64,000 bases of DNA. Source: Ilumatobacteraceae bacterium. GTDB lineage: Bacteria > Actinomycetota > Acidimicrobiia > Acidimicrobiales > Ilumatobacteraceae. Below, piece by piece: positions 54,066 through 63,618 of this stretch. How positions within the stretch are numbered: position 1 is the first letter of the stretch; every line of letters begins with the position of its first letter. The translations under genes were made by a program, and so were the position numbers. The notes below the pieces were generated by a model that worked only from the letters and a program-made list of their open reading frames with translations, was not told the DNA's origin and did no database searches. Location of the stretch: assembly GCA_039931555.1 (NCBI GenBank), contig JBDTRP010000116.1, positions 45,128 to 109,127 on the forward strand, in the 5' to 3' direction.

Positions 54066-54635
54066 GTGAAGAAGTCAGCCATCTGGACAACTGCAGGAAT
54101 CGCCGCCGTCGGATTCGGTGTGCCCGCCTACGCCGCGATCTCGTCGCCCCACGAGGTCAAGCAAATCGCCCCGACCCCCGTCGTGACTGTGGCGACGACC
54201 GAGGACAGCGCCACCGTGACGTCGCTCGACGACAGCAAGGTGACGGTGGTCAGCACCCCGGCCTCGCTCCCGACGATCAGCCTCACGGTCAACTCCACGT
54301 CGAACAGCGTCGAAGACGTCAGCGGCAACTGCGACGAAGCCGAGCACGCCAACGACGCAGCGTGCGCCGGCACCGCAACGTCGGTTGACGACGATGCCAC
54401 GTCGAACAGCGTCGAAGACGTCAGCGGCAACTGCGACGAAGCCGAGCACGCCAACGACGCAGCGTGCGCCGGTGGCGCCTCGCCGGTCGACAACAGCACC
54501 CACACCAGCGTCGATGACAACCCCCACACCAGCGTCGATGACAGCTCCGGGCACGGCGGCAGCGGTGGCGGTGGCAGCGGCGGTGGCGGTGGCGGTGGCA
54601 CCTATGACTCCGGCCATGGCGGTAACGACGGCTGA
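54066..54635 (+). CDS. Secreted repeat protein (duplicated Cys/His/acidic module, Gly-rich tail)
   Basis: GTG 54066 follows AAGGAG. The signal peptide is VKKSAIWTTAGIAAVGFGVPAYA. The module TSNSVEDVSGNCDEAEHANDAACAG occurs twice. The tail reads SGHGGSGGGGSGGGGGGGTYDSGHGGNDG. Confidence 0.6.
   Translation: MKKSAIWTTAGIAAVGFGVPAYAAISSPHEVKQIAPTPVVTVATTEDSATVTSLDDSKVTVVSTPASLPTISLTVNSTSNSVEDVSGNCDEAEHANDAACAGTATSVDDDATSNSVEDVSGNCDEAEHANDAACAGGASPVDNSTHTSVDDNPHTSVDDSSGHGGSGGGGSGGGGGGGTYDSGHGGNDG
54295..54472. repeat. Perfect 76-bp direct duplication (54295-54370 and 54397-54472), in frame (102-bp offset)
   Basis: Read directly: both copies are identical from CCACGTCGAACAGC... to ...GCGTGCGCCGG. 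Confidence 0.9.
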
Positions 54636-54657
54636 GCACGAGCGCTCGACCTCGAGC

Positions 54658-54710
54658 AGCGAATCGGTGACGACTATGGTCGTCACCGATTCGCTGCTTC
54701 TTGCGTTTTG
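54658..54710 (+). terminator. Intrinsic terminator-like hairpin
   Basis: AGCGAATCGGTGACGAC-tatg-GTCGTCACCGATTCGCT is a 17-bp perfect stem (54658-54695). It is followed by the T-rich GCTTCTTGCGTTTTG. Confidence 0.65.
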
Positions 54711-54741
54711 CGGCTTCGGCGGATGAATCGAAGGGATTGTC

Positions 54742-55629
54742 ATGGCGATAGAAGTTGCGAACGGACCGGTTTCATGGGGCGTCGATCTGCCCGACAAGCC
54801 CGGCGCGCCGCCGTGGGACGAGGTCTTCGACGAGATCAGCCAAGCCGGGTACAAGCTGTGCGAGCTGGGTCCGATGGGATACCTCCCCGACGACGACGAC
54901 CGCATCCGAGCCGAGCTCGGCGCCCGTGGCCTGGGCGTCGCCGGTTCGTACATCTTCGAGCCGATGCACGACCGCAACCGCCACGATCACATCAACGCGG
55001 TCACCGAGATCACCTGTGCGCGCATCGCCGCGCTGGGCGGCAGGTTCCTGGTCGTCATCGACATGGTCAGCGACGAGCGAGGCGCCACGGCCGGCCGCGG
55101 CGCCGTCGCCCGACGACTGGAAGGCCAGCAATACGACGACTTGCTGTCGGGCGTCCGTCAGGCATGCGCAATTGCGATCAAGCACGGGCTCACTCCCGTG
55201 CTGCACCAGCACAGCGGCAGCTACATCGAGTTCGAGGACGAGGTCGAGCGGATGCTGGCCGACACGGTGAACGACGGCATGCAGCTCTGCATCGACACCG
55301 GGCACTACATCTACGCGGGCATAGACCCGGTGCGGTTCCTCGCCGAGCACCGCGGACGCACGGCGTACCTGCACTTCAAGGACATCGATCCAGCGGTGCA
55401 CCAGAAGGTGCTCAGCGATGGCGTCGCATTCTTCGATGCCATCTCACTCGGCATCTTCTGCCCAGTCGGTCAAGGCATGGTCGACTTCGCCGCACTGGCG
55501 GCCGAGGTCGACGACTTCGACGGCCCGGGCACCATCGAGCAGGACCGCGATTTCCAGTCGACCACGACTGCGCTGGAAGATGCGAAGGCCAGCCTCGATT
55601 ACCTGCGGGGCATCGGGATCGCCCGCTGA
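54742..55629 (+). CDS. Sugar phosphate isomerase/epimerase (xylose isomerase-like TIM barrel)
   Basis: ...YKLCELGPMGYLP..., ...HQHSGSYIEFEDE..., ...LCIDTGHYIYAG..., and ...HFKD... are typical AP-endonuclease-2/IolE-like TIM barrel blocks. Confidence 0.8.
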   Translation: MAIEVANGPVSWGVDLPDKPGAPPWDEVFDEISQAGYKLCELGPMGYLPDDDDRIRAELGARGLGVAGSYIFEPMHDRNRHDHINAVTEITCARIAALGGRFLVVIDMVSDERGATAGRGAVARRLEGQQYDDLLSGVRQACAIAIKHGLTPVLHQHSGSYIEFEDEVERMLADTVNDGMQLCIDTGHYIYAGIDPVRFLAEHRGRTAYLHFKDIDPAVHQKVLSDGVAFFDAISLGIFCPVGQGMVDFAALAAEVDDFDGPGTIEQDRDFQSTTTALEDAKASLDYLRGIGIAR

Positions 55630-55636
55630 CCCGTCG

Positions 55637-56773
55637 TCACAGCGAGTGCCGCGTCACGCTCACGCTCGACCCGCTGGCCGCGGCGGCGATCACCGCATCG
55701 GTCACTTCGGCGACGCGCAGGCCATCCACAAAGGTGGGCCCTGACAGCACCGAGCCGGCGGCAAGGTTGCGCAGCGTGGTGCGCGCCGCGATCGTGAACG
55801 CGTCGGTGTAGCCGAGGCCCTGGGCGGCAACGGTGTGAATGCCGTCGGCGCCCGGGTGCGCCGGGCCGACCAGGATCGTGCGGAAGCCTTGCCGGTCTTC
55901 GGGGTCGGTGCCATCGAAGAAGTGGAGCTCGTTCGAGCGCTGCCACGAGAACGAGACCGAGCCGCGCGAGCCGATCACCTCGAACCCGAGGTCACACTTG
56001 TGCCCGGTGCCCGCCCACGAGGCGAGGATCGTGCCACTGGCGCCGTTGTCGAAGTCGGCGAGGATCTCGGTCTGGTCGTCGACCGTGACATCGACCAGGT
56101 TGCCATCCGAGCTGCGGCGCTGCGGCACGAACGTCTGCATTCGCGCCGCGACCTGCGAGATCGGGCCGACGAGGAACTGCAGCAGATCGATGCAATGCGA
56201 GCCGACATCGCCCAGCGCCCCCGACCCGGCTCGGACCTTGTCGAACCTCCAGCTCATCGGGATGTCGGGGTTGCCGTTGTAGTCGAGCAGGAACTGAGCG
56301 CGTGCCGTGCGCACGTGACCCAGCGCACCCTCGTCGATCAGCTTGCGGGCCATCGCGACCGCCGGCCATTGCCGGTACACGAAGCCGACCTGGGTCACTC
56401 GACCGCTGTCGCGCGCCGCCTCGCAGAGCCGAAACGAACTGTCACCGTCGAGCGCCAACGGCTTCTCGCACAACACGTGCTTGCCTCGGGCCAATGCATC
56501 GAGTGCGATGTCGACGTGGTTGTCGTTGGGCGTGCAGATGTCGACCGCGTCGATGTCGTCGGACGCCGTGATCTCCTCCCAACTGGGCACCGCTCGGCCC
56601 CAGCCCCAGTCTCGGGCGGCGCGATCAGCGAGCCTGGCGTCGAAATCGGTGACGGCGACCGCATCGATGCCGGGGATCTCGGATCCGAACAACATCGTCG
56701 CGTTGCGGTAGGCGATGCTGTGGATCTTGCCCATGAAACCCGCACCGATCAGGCCGATACGTACTCCCGCCAT
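55637..56773 (-). CDS. Gfo/Idh/MocA family oxidoreductase
   Basis: MAGVRIGLIGAGFMGKIHSIAY is the Rossmann motif, and ...HVLCEKPLA... is the family signature. Confidence 0.9.
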   Translation of the reverse strand: MAGVRIGLIGAGFMGKIHSIAYRNATMLFGSEIPGIDAVAVTDFDARLADRAARDWGWGRAVPSWEEITASDDIDAVDICTPNDNHVDIALDALARGKHVLCEKPLALDGDSSFRLCEAARDSGRVTQVGFVYRQWPAVAMARKLIDEGALGHVRTARAQFLLDYNGNPDIPMSWRFDKVRAGSGALGDVGSHCIDLLQFLVGPISQVAARMQTFVPQRRSSDGNLVDVTVDDQTEILADFDNGASGTILASWAGTGHKCDLGFEVIGSRGSVSFSWQRSNELHFFDGTDPEDRQGFRTILVGPAHPGADGIHTVAAQGLGYTDAFTIAARTTLRNLAAGSVLSGPTFVDGLRVAEVTDAVIAAAASGSSVSVTRHSL

Positions 56774-56839
56774 AAGGTCCTCCCTCGTCGTCGACGGCGC
56801 AGTCTAGGCAGTGGTCGTTTCGCGCGAGGATTGGTGTCC

Positions 56840-57349
56840 ATGGAACTCAGTGAGCTGCTGATCGACGTCTTCGACCGAGTTGCCGAGCATGTCAACGAGG
56901 CCGTCAGCGGCCTCGATCTCGACGCCCTGCACACTGCGCCGGAGCCCGGCTCCAATCCGATTGCCTGGTTGGTCTGGCATCTGACCCGGGTGCAGGACCA
57001 CCACATCGCCGAGATCGTCGACGAACCGCAGGTGTGGATCTCGGGGAACTGGGCGCCGCGCTTCGGTGTCGAGCCTGACGATCAGGACATCGGCTATGGG
57101 CACTCGTGGGAGGAGGTGCTGGCCATTCGTGCAGAGAGCGCCGCCGTGTTGGTCGAGTACTACGAGGCGGTCGCCGCGAGGACCCGGCTGTTGCTCGAGC
57201 GCACCAATTCGACGGATCTCGATCGTGTCGTCGACAACCGCTGGAACCCACCGGTGACGCTCGGGGTCCGCCTCATCAGCATCGCCGACGACGACATCCA
57301 GCACGCCGCACAAGCCACCTACGTCCGCGGCATCCTCGACCGCCGCTGA
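56840..57349 (+). CDS. DinB family protein (mycothiol transferase-like, DUF664)
   Basis: The inner ATG 56840 gives MELSELLIDVFDRVAEHVNEAV...NPIAWLVWHLTRVQDHH... Confidence 0.8.
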   Translation: MELSELLIDVFDRVAEHVNEAVSGLDLDALHTAPEPGSNPIAWLVWHLTRVQDHHIAEIVDEPQVWISGNWAPRFGVEPDDQDIGYGHSWEEVLAIRAESAAVLVEYYEAVAARTRLLLERTNSTDLDRVVDNRWNPPVTLGVRLISIADDDIQHAAQATYVRGILDRR

Positions 57350-57371
57350 GTCACCGCGACGCGGCGAGGGG

Positions 57372-59588
57372 TCAGACGAGCTCGTACTCGGGCTCGTCGA
57401 TCACCTCGTGGTGCGTTGCCCCAAACGCCATCGCCGGGACCGGCGAGGTGTGCGGGGTCAACACGTGCGAACCCTCGACATCGACGTGCGGCAGCAAGCG
57501 GTCGAGCCAACCCGGTAGCCACCAGTTGGCGTCACCCATCAACGCCATGGTTGCCGGAACCAGGATCATCCTGACGACGGTGGCGTCGACCAGCACGGCG
57601 ACGGTCAGACCGACAGCGAACATCTTGATCTCGACGTCGGGGATCAGCAGGAAGGCTGCGAACACGCTGATCATGATCAGTGCCGCCGAAGTGATCACCC
57701 GTGCGGTTGCCGCCAACCCGGCGACCACACTGGTGTGACTGTCACGGGTGCGGAGGTACTCCTCGCGGACCCGGCTGAGCAGGAACACCTCGTAGTCCAT
57801 CGACAAGCCGAACAGGATGGCGAACATGATCATCGGCAGGAACGGGCTGATCGGCACGGTGTGATCCACGCCGAGGGCTCCACTCCCCCAACCCCACTGG
57901 AACACGGCGACGACCACGCCGTAGGCCGCACCGATCGAGAGCAGGTTCATGACTGCTGCCTTCAGCGGTACCAGCACCGAACGGAAGACCACCATCAGCA
58001 GCAAGAACGACAGACCGACGACCGCACCGATGAAGAGCGGGAGACGCGATGCCAACCGCTCGCTGATGTCGATGAAGGCTGCGGTCTGGCCGGTGACGAA
58101 CGCCTGCGACTTCGTCCCACTGAGTGCCGGGGGCAACACGTCGTCGCGCAGCGAGTGGACCAGTGTTTCGGTCTTGGCGTCTTGGGGCGACGTGACGGGA
58201 TGGGCAGTGATCACCGCGGTGTCGCCTGCCGGGTTGACGATCGGCGCCGTCACGAAGGCGATGCCATCGGTGGCAGCGATGGCGCTGCGCACCTGATCTG
58301 CCTCAGTCACGACGTCGGTCCCATCGACCACGATCGTGAGTGGACCGTTGAAGCCTGCGCCGAAGCCGTCGGCAAGGAGGTCGTATGCCTTGCGGTACGT
58401 CGTGCTGGTCCCACCGGTGCCGTCGTCGGCCATGCCGGTACGCATCGACAGCACTGGTCCGGCGAGCGCGGCGAGACCGACGAAGCTGATGATCGCGTAG
58501 CGCCACGGGTGGCTGCCGACATGGTCGGCCCACCGGCCCGAGAGCGTCTCGCTCGACTCGACGTTCTGGGGTCGCTTGCGACCGATGTGCAACGAATCGA
58601 TCCGCTTGCCGGCGAGGCCGAGAAAGGCAGGCAGCAACGTGACGGCAGCGAGCATGGCCACTGCAACGGTGACCGCCGAAGCAAATCCCATTGTGGCGAT
58701 CGCCGGGATGCCGGCAATGCGCAGACCGGCGATCGCGATGACCACCGTGGTACCGGCGAACAACACCGCGCTACCGGCGGTGGCATTGGCCAGACCGACC
58801 GACTCGACCACCGAGCGGCCCTCGTGGAGGAACCCGCGGTGACGAGTGACGACGAACAGGGCGTAGTCGATGCCGACACCGAGACCGATCATGGTCGCCA
58901 ACATCGGTGACACGGACGGCACCTCGGTGAGGCCGGACATGATGCCGATGATCGACAGCCCGATGAAGATGCCGAACAGGGCGGTCCCGATCGGGATGCC
59001 GGCGGCGATCACCGAACCGAAGGCCACGAGCAACACGATGACGGCGACGATCAAGCCGATGCTCTCGTTGCCTTCGGCCTGATCGGTCGTCCGCACGATG
59101 TTGCGCGACAACTCGGCCCGCAGACCGGCTTCACGAGCCGTCTCGACAGCGGCCTTTGCCGCCTCGCCATCGGACTTCTCCGGCGGGTTGACGCTGTACC
59201 GCACGGTCGCATAGGCGATCCGTCCGTCGGCGCTGACCGACCCGGCGGCCGCGTCGAACGGGTCGCTGACCGACACCACGTTCGGGTCGTCGGCGATCTG
59301 GCTCAACGTGTGGCCGATCGCAGCGCGGGCGATCGCGTCGGTCGCATCGCCATCTGGGTCGGCGAACACGACTTGGCCGCTCGAACCACCCTGTGACGGG
59401 AACCGGTCGTTCAGCAAGTCGATCCCCTGCTGTGCTTCGGTTCCAGGGATCTTGAAGCTGTCGCTGGTGGTGCCACCGATCGAGCCCTTCAGCCCGACCA
59501 CCGCAATCACGACAACGAGCCAGGCGAACAGCACTCGCCATGGGTGCAGCGCAGCTGATCGGCCCCATCGATACAGAATCTTGGACAT
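57372..59588 (-). CDS. MMPL family (RND superfamily) transporter
   Basis: The inner ATG 59588 follows AAGGAG. MSKILYRWGRSAALHPWRVLFAWLVVV.... There are two 6-TM bundles with MMPL blocks (...GVGIDYALFVVTRHR..., ...GLSMDYEVFLLSRVREE...). Confidence 0.9.
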   Translation of the reverse strand: MSKILYRWGRSAALHPWRVLFAWLVVVIAVVGLKGSIGGTTSDSFKIPGTEAQQGIDLLNDRFPSQGGSSGQVVFADPDGDATDAIARAAIGHTLSQIADDPNVVSVSDPFDAAAGSVSADGRIAYATVRYSVNPPEKSDGEAAKAAVETAREAGLRAELSRNIVRTTDQAEGNESIGLIVAVIVLLVAFGSVIAAGIPIGTALFGIFIGLSIIGIMSGLTEVPSVSPMLATMIGLGVGIDYALFVVTRHRGFLHEGRSVVESVGLANATAGSAVLFAGTTVVIAIAGLRIAGIPAIATMGFASAVTVAVAMLAAVTLLPAFLGLAGKRIDSLHIGRKRPQNVESSETLSGRWADHVGSHPWRYAIISFVGLAALAGPVLSMRTGMADDGTGGTSTTYRKAYDLLADGFGAGFNGPLTIVVDGTDVVTEADQVRSAIAATDGIAFVTAPIVNPAGDTAVITAHPVTSPQDAKTETLVHSLRDDVLPPALSGTKSQAFVTGQTAAFIDISERLASRLPLFIGAVVGLSFLLLMVVFRSVLVPLKAAVMNLLSIGAAYGVVVAVFQWGWGSGALGVDHTVPISPFLPMIMFAILFGLSMDYEVFLLSRVREEYLRTRDSHTSVVAGLAATARVITSAALIMISVFAAFLLIPDVEIKMFAVGLTVAVLVDATVVRMILVPATMALMGDANWWLPGWLDRLLPHVDVEGSHVLTPHTSPVPAMAFGATHHEVIDEPEYELV

Positions 59589-59646
59589 GGACACTCCTTG
59601 GATCACGTTTGACAGCAGGTGACGCAAGGATGAGATGGGGCGCTGA

Positions 59647-60158
59647 CTAGGCGCTGACTGCGCGCTGACGGCAGCGGACGATCTCGGTGTCAGGGTCGGC
59701 GGCGCCGGCCGCGAATGCCGCCTCGAAACCGCTGTCAGCCAGGGCAGTGCGAGCCCGACCGTAGGGGCGAGCACGCCACAGCGCAAGGGCGACGTCGAGG
59801 TGCGTGACAGCGGATTCGGGCCGGCCCGCCGCCGCGGCCTCGCGGCCGGCGGTGACCAACTGCTCGAAGCGATGCGCGTCGATCACTCCACGTCCCAGCA
59901 CCAGGGTGTAGGAGGTGCCCGTCGCGTCGATCGTCATGGGGGCGATGGACTTGCGCAGCTTCGAGACCAAGGCCTGCAACGCATTGGGCGACGGCGCGCC
60001 ATCGGGCCACAGCACATCGTTGAGCACATCGATGGGGTCGACGCGGGGGTGTGCAGGCTCAACGTGGCCAGGGCACGACGCAGTTGCGCGCCATGGACCG
60101 GAATTGCCGTGTCGTGGTCGTCGACGACCTCGAGTGGCCCCAGCACACGCAGTTGCAT
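59647..60158 (-). pseudogene. SARP/AfsR-like (OmpR-type wHTH + partial BTAD) regulator, frameshifted and short
   Basis: ORF 59934..60158 (MQLRVLGPLEVVDDHDTAIPVHGAQLRRALATLSLHTP...) and ORF 59647..60027 (...LNDVLWPDGAPSPNALQALVSKLRKSI...TSYTLVL...IDAHRFEQL...) are in different frames. Adding one C to the C5 run (rc of GGGGG at 60046-60050) would read ...LHTPRVDPIDVLNDVLW continuously. Confidence 0.6.
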
Positions 60159-60250
60159 CGCGTTCGCGAGGCTCTGCGGTCGGTCACCACCGGCCGGCGG
60201 CCCGCACCCGTGACTCGTGGCACGTCGAGCCGTCGATATGGTTGACGCCG

Positions 60251-61501
60251 ATGAGCCGCCCGCACGTCGTGATCATCGGATCGGGGTTCGGCGGCATTCG
60301 CGCAGCCAAGAGCCTCGCCCGGACCGACGTCGAGATCACGATCATCGACGTCAACAACTTCCACACCTTCCAACCGCTGTTGTACCAAGTCGCGACGGCT
60401 GGGCTCGATGCCGACGACATCGGCTTCCCGATTCGGGGCATCTTCCGGAGGAGCCGCTCGATTCGGTTCGTGCTCGGTGAGGTGATTGGCATCGATCTCG
60501 CCCGGCAGGTGGTGGCCATCGGTGACGGACGCGAATTCGCCTACGACTTCCTCGTCGTCGCTGCCGGAACCGTCAGCACGTCGTTCGGCATCGATGGTGT
60601 CGATACCAACACCTTCCCGTTGAAGACGTTGCACGACGCGCTGAGGCTCCGCTCCCACCTGTTGACCAGATTCGAGCGCGCCAGTGCGTATCCCGCCGGC
60701 AACATCGACCTCGGCATCGTGGTCGTCGGTGGCGGGCCGACCGGGGTCGAGATGGCTGGCGGCCTGCGAGAACTGATCGACAAGGTCTTCCGCAAGGACT
60801 TCCCCGATCTCGCGGCTGCATCGACGGCCATCACGCTCGTCGAGGCAGCCGACCGGGTCCTCGGCCCGTTTCACCCGTCGCTGTCCGAGCAGGCCGCCAC
60901 TGCGTTGCGGCGCAGGAACGTGACGGTGGAAGTGGGCGTCGGCGTCGACCACGTCGAACCGGGAACCGTCGTGTTGCAGGACGGTCGCCGATTGTCGGCG
61001 GGCACGATCGTCTGGGCTGCAGGCGTCACCGCCAGTCCCGTCGCCGGCCTGCTCGGCGTGACCCTGGGTCGAGGCGGCCGCATCGCCGTTGCGGCAGATC
61101 TGTCCCTGTCGGACCATCCCAACGTCTTCGCGATCGGCGACATCGCGCTGCCCCCGGGCGATCCGCTGCCCCAGGTCGCTCAGCCGGCGATTCAGGGTGG
61201 CGCCCACGCCGCGGCGCAGATCACGGCACGCCTCGCCGGCCACGACACCACGCCCTTCCACTATCGAGACAAGGGATCGATGGCCACCATCGGCCGCAAT
61301 CAGGCCGTCGTCGAGTTCCCCAACGGTTGGCGCTTCCACGGCTTCATCGGCTGGCTGATGTGGCTCGGTCTGCACCTGCTGGAGCTGATGGGCTTCCGCA
61401 ACCGGGCCAACGTGTTCGTCAACTGGGCCTGGAACTACCTGACCTACGACCATGGCTCGCGACTGCTCCTCGACGCACCGAGCGAGCCCGAACCAGGCTG
61501 A
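60251..61501 (+). CDS. ndh: Type II NADH:quinone oxidoreductase (NDH-2) family FAD-dependent oxidoreductase
   Basis: The inner ATG 60251 gives MSRPHVVIIGSGFGGIRAAKSL. A second dinucleotide motif (IVVVGGGPTGVEMAG) and ...VFAIGDIA... are also present. Confidence 0.85.
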   Translation: MSRPHVVIIGSGFGGIRAAKSLARTDVEITIIDVNNFHTFQPLLYQVATAGLDADDIGFPIRGIFRRSRSIRFVLGEVIGIDLARQVVAIGDGREFAYDFLVVAAGTVSTSFGIDGVDTNTFPLKTLHDALRLRSHLLTRFERASAYPAGNIDLGIVVVGGGPTGVEMAGGLRELIDKVFRKDFPDLAAASTAITLVEAADRVLGPFHPSLSEQAATALRRRNVTVEVGVGVDHVEPGTVVLQDGRRLSAGTIVWAAGVTASPVAGLLGVTLGRGGRIAVAADLSLSDHPNVFAIGDIALPPGDPLPQVAQPAIQGGAHAAAQITARLAGHDTTPFHYRDKGSMATIGRNQAVVEFPNGWRFHGFIGWLMWLGLHLLELMGFRNRANVFVNWAWNYLTYDHGSRLLLDAPSEPEPG

Positions 61502-61504
61502 GCA

Positions 61505-62281
61505 TCACTTCGGCGTCATGCGGATGCCACCGTCGACGCGAATGGTCTCGGCGTTGAGGTAGCTGTTGGTGACGCACTCGATGATGACCGAGGCCAACTC
61601 TTCCTGTGTGCCGAGGCGCTGGGGGAACAGCACCCCCTTCTGCAGGTTCGCCTTGAATGCCTCGCTGTTGTCTCCCTCGCCATAGATCGGGGTGTCGATC
61701 AGGCCTGGCGCCACGGTGTTGACCCGCACGCCGATCGCAGCCAGGTCGCGGGCAATCGGCAGGGTCATTCCCACGACCCCGCCCTTCGATGCCGAGTACG
61801 CGGCTTGGCCGATCTGGCCGTCGAATGCAGCCACCGAGGCGATGTTGACGATGACCCCACGCTCGCCGAACTCCATCGGCTCGGTGGTGCTCATCGCCGT
61901 GCCGACGATGCGGATGCAGTCGAAGGTGCCGATCAGGTTGATGGCGATCACCTGCTTGAACGCGTCGAGGTTGGCGGCCGAGTCGTACGTGCCGTCCTTG
62001 CCCACCGTGCGCTGTGCCCAGCCGATGCCGGCCGAGTTGACCAGCACGCGCACCGGACCCATGCTCTTGGCCATCTCGACTGCGTTGACGATGTCGTCGG
62101 TGTTGGTCACGTCGACCTTGCAGAACGCGCCACCGATCTCGTCGGCCAACGCCTTGCCCTTGTCGTGCTGAAGGTCGGCGACGACGACCTTGGCGCCCCT
62201 CGACGCCAACACGCGGGCCGCTGCCGCCCCGATACCTGATGCTCCGCCCGTGACGATTGCGCTTGCGCCGTTGATGTCCAT
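61505..62281 (-). CDS. SDR family 3-hydroxyacyl-CoA dehydrogenase (type-2 HADH-like)
   Basis: AIVTGGASGIGAAAARVLA, the catalytic YSASKGGVVGMT and ...RVNTVAPGLIDTP.... Confidence 0.9.
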   Translation of the reverse strand: MDINGASAIVTGGASGIGAAAARVLASRGAKVVVADLQHDKGKALADEIGGAFCKVDVTNTDDIVNAVEMAKSMGPVRVLVNSAGIGWAQRTVGKDGTYDSAANLDAFKQVIAINLIGTFDCIRIVGTAMSTTEPMEFGERGVIVNIASVAAFDGQIGQAAYSASKGGVVGMTLPIARDLAAIGVRVNTVAPGLIDTPIYGEGDNSEAFKANLQKGVLFPQRLGTQEELASVIIECVTNSYLNAETIRVDGGIRMTPK

Positions 62282-62346
62282 GAGGGCGACGATAACGCCG
62301 GCCCCACGATCACTGCCGAACCCGCACCGGCGATTACCGTCACGCC

Positions 62347-63549
62347 ATGCCCGGACCCTTGGCTGGATTCACCATCGTCGAGGCCTGCCAGATGGTTGCC
62401 GGACCACTCGCCGGCACGATCTGCGCCGACCTCGGTGCCGAGGTGATCAAGATCGAGAACCCCGATCGCGGCGACCGGTTTCGCTACCTCGGCGATCGAG
62501 TCGGTGGTATTTCGGCGATCTGGGCTGCGGTCAACCGCGGCAAGCGAAGTGTCGTGATCGATCTCCAACGACCCGACGGGATCGCCCTCTTCAACACGAT
62601 CGTCGCCCGGGCCGATGTCTTCATCCAGAACTTCCGACCCGGCGTGGTCGAGCGACTCGGCATCGACGAGCCGACGATGCGCTCCGTACATCCCGACCTC
62701 GTCTACGTGTCGGTCAGCGGGTTCGGCGACAGCGGGCCGTACATCGGCCAGAAGAGCTACGACTACGTGATCCAGGCGTTGTCGGGCATGGCCGCGCTGC
62801 AGGCCGACCCGGCAACCGGCGAGCCGGCCCTGGTGCGCAACATCGTCGTCGACAAGGTCACGGCGATGGCCGCCGCACAGGCGATCCTCGCTGCGCTGCT
62901 CGCCCGCGGCCGCGGAGCCGGCGGTCAGCACGTGCGACTGTCGATGCTCGATGTCGCACTGTCGTTCCTGTGGCCCGACGGGATGATGCAACACACGCTG
63001 CTGGCCGGCGACGGGCGAGTCACCCCCGGCCCGCACATGGCGGCCGACTACCTCATGCGCCGCACGGCCGATGGCGAACACATCGCTCTGCTGGCCACGT
63101 CGAACTCGCAGTTCCCCGGGCTGTGCGCGGCCTTGGGGACGCAGCGGTGGCTGGCCGACGACCGGTTCTCGACGCTGGCGGCACGCGAGGCCAACGCCGC
63201 TGAGTTGAACGACATGATCAGCGCCGAGTTGCTGCGCCACCAGGGCGCCGAGATCGTGGCCCGGCTCCACGAGCACGACGTGCCGTGCGCCTTGGTGAAC
63301 CCGATCGATCGGGTCCATCTCGACCCGCAGGTGGTGGAGAACGCGGTGCTGGTCGAGCACGAACGGGCATGGCTGGGCCCGGTCCGCGAACCGCGACCGC
63401 CTGCTCACTTCTCGGCAACACCGACCGCCTTGGGTCGCCACGCACCCAAGTTCGACGAGCACACCGACGAGGTGCTGGGCGAGTTCGGCGTCACCACCGA
63501 CGCGATCGCCGCGCTGCGCGCCGCCGGCACGATCGGCGCCCGCCGCTGA
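62347..63549 (+). CDS. CoA transferase, family III (CaiB/BaiF)
   Basis: MPGPLAGFTIVEACQMVAGPLAGTICADLGAEVIKIENP..GD is a canonical family III N-terminus. Confidence 0.9.
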   Translation: MPGPLAGFTIVEACQMVAGPLAGTICADLGAEVIKIENPDRGDRFRYLGDRVGGISAIWAAVNRGKRSVVIDLQRPDGIALFNTIVARADVFIQNFRPGVVERLGIDEPTMRSVHPDLVYVSVSGFGDSGPYIGQKSYDYVIQALSGMAALQADPATGEPALVRNIVVDKVTAMAAAQAILAALLARGRGAGGQHVRLSMLDVALSFLWPDGMMQHTLLAGDGRVTPGPHMAADYLMRRTADGEHIALLATSNSQFPGLCAALGTQRWLADDRFSTLAAREANAAELNDMISAELLRHQGAEIVARLHEHDVPCALVNPIDRVHLDPQVVENAVLVEHERAWLGPVREPRPPAHFSATPTALGRHAPKFDEHTDEVLGEFGVTTDAIAALRAAGTIGARR

Positions 63550-63563
63550 CGCACCCGTCGCGC

Positions 63564-63610
63564 GGCAAGTCACGAAATCTCCGGATGCACCGGAGATTCG
63601 GTGACTTGCC
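63564..63610. terminator. GC-rich hairpin between convergent genes (possible bidirectional terminator, no U-tract)
   Basis: GGCAAGTCAC...ATCTCCGG-atgca-CCGGAGAT...GTGACTTGCC has 10-bp and 8-bp helices separated by a small internal loop. Confidence 0.4.
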
Positions 63611-63618
63611 CAACCCGA

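Noticed and set aside
54075-54977. 300-aa minus-strand ORF and other antisense ORFs over the secreted repeat protein gene
   Set aside because: They are driven by low-complexity Gly/Ala-rich repeats. The plus-strand frame has an SD site, a signal peptide and a downstream terminator, so it is preferred.
55835-57349. 504-aa plus-strand ORF spanning the Gfo/Idh/MocA gene region
   Set aside because: Most of it is antisense to a well-supported oxidoreductase and has Arg/Asp/Val-rich shadow-ORF composition typical of high-GC DNA. Only the last 169 codons (the DinB family protein from ATG 56840) look genuine.
62107-63573. 488-aa minus-strand ORF antisense to the CoA-transferase gene. Similar long shadow ORFs occur at 5193..6203, 23857..25248, 30922..32019, 35307..36434, 60059..61453, 9924..11129 and 15343..16845.
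   Set aside because: All lie opposite strongly supported genes, lack recognisable motifs, and have the Arg/Gly/Pro/Ala-rich composition of non-coding frames in GC-rich genomes.
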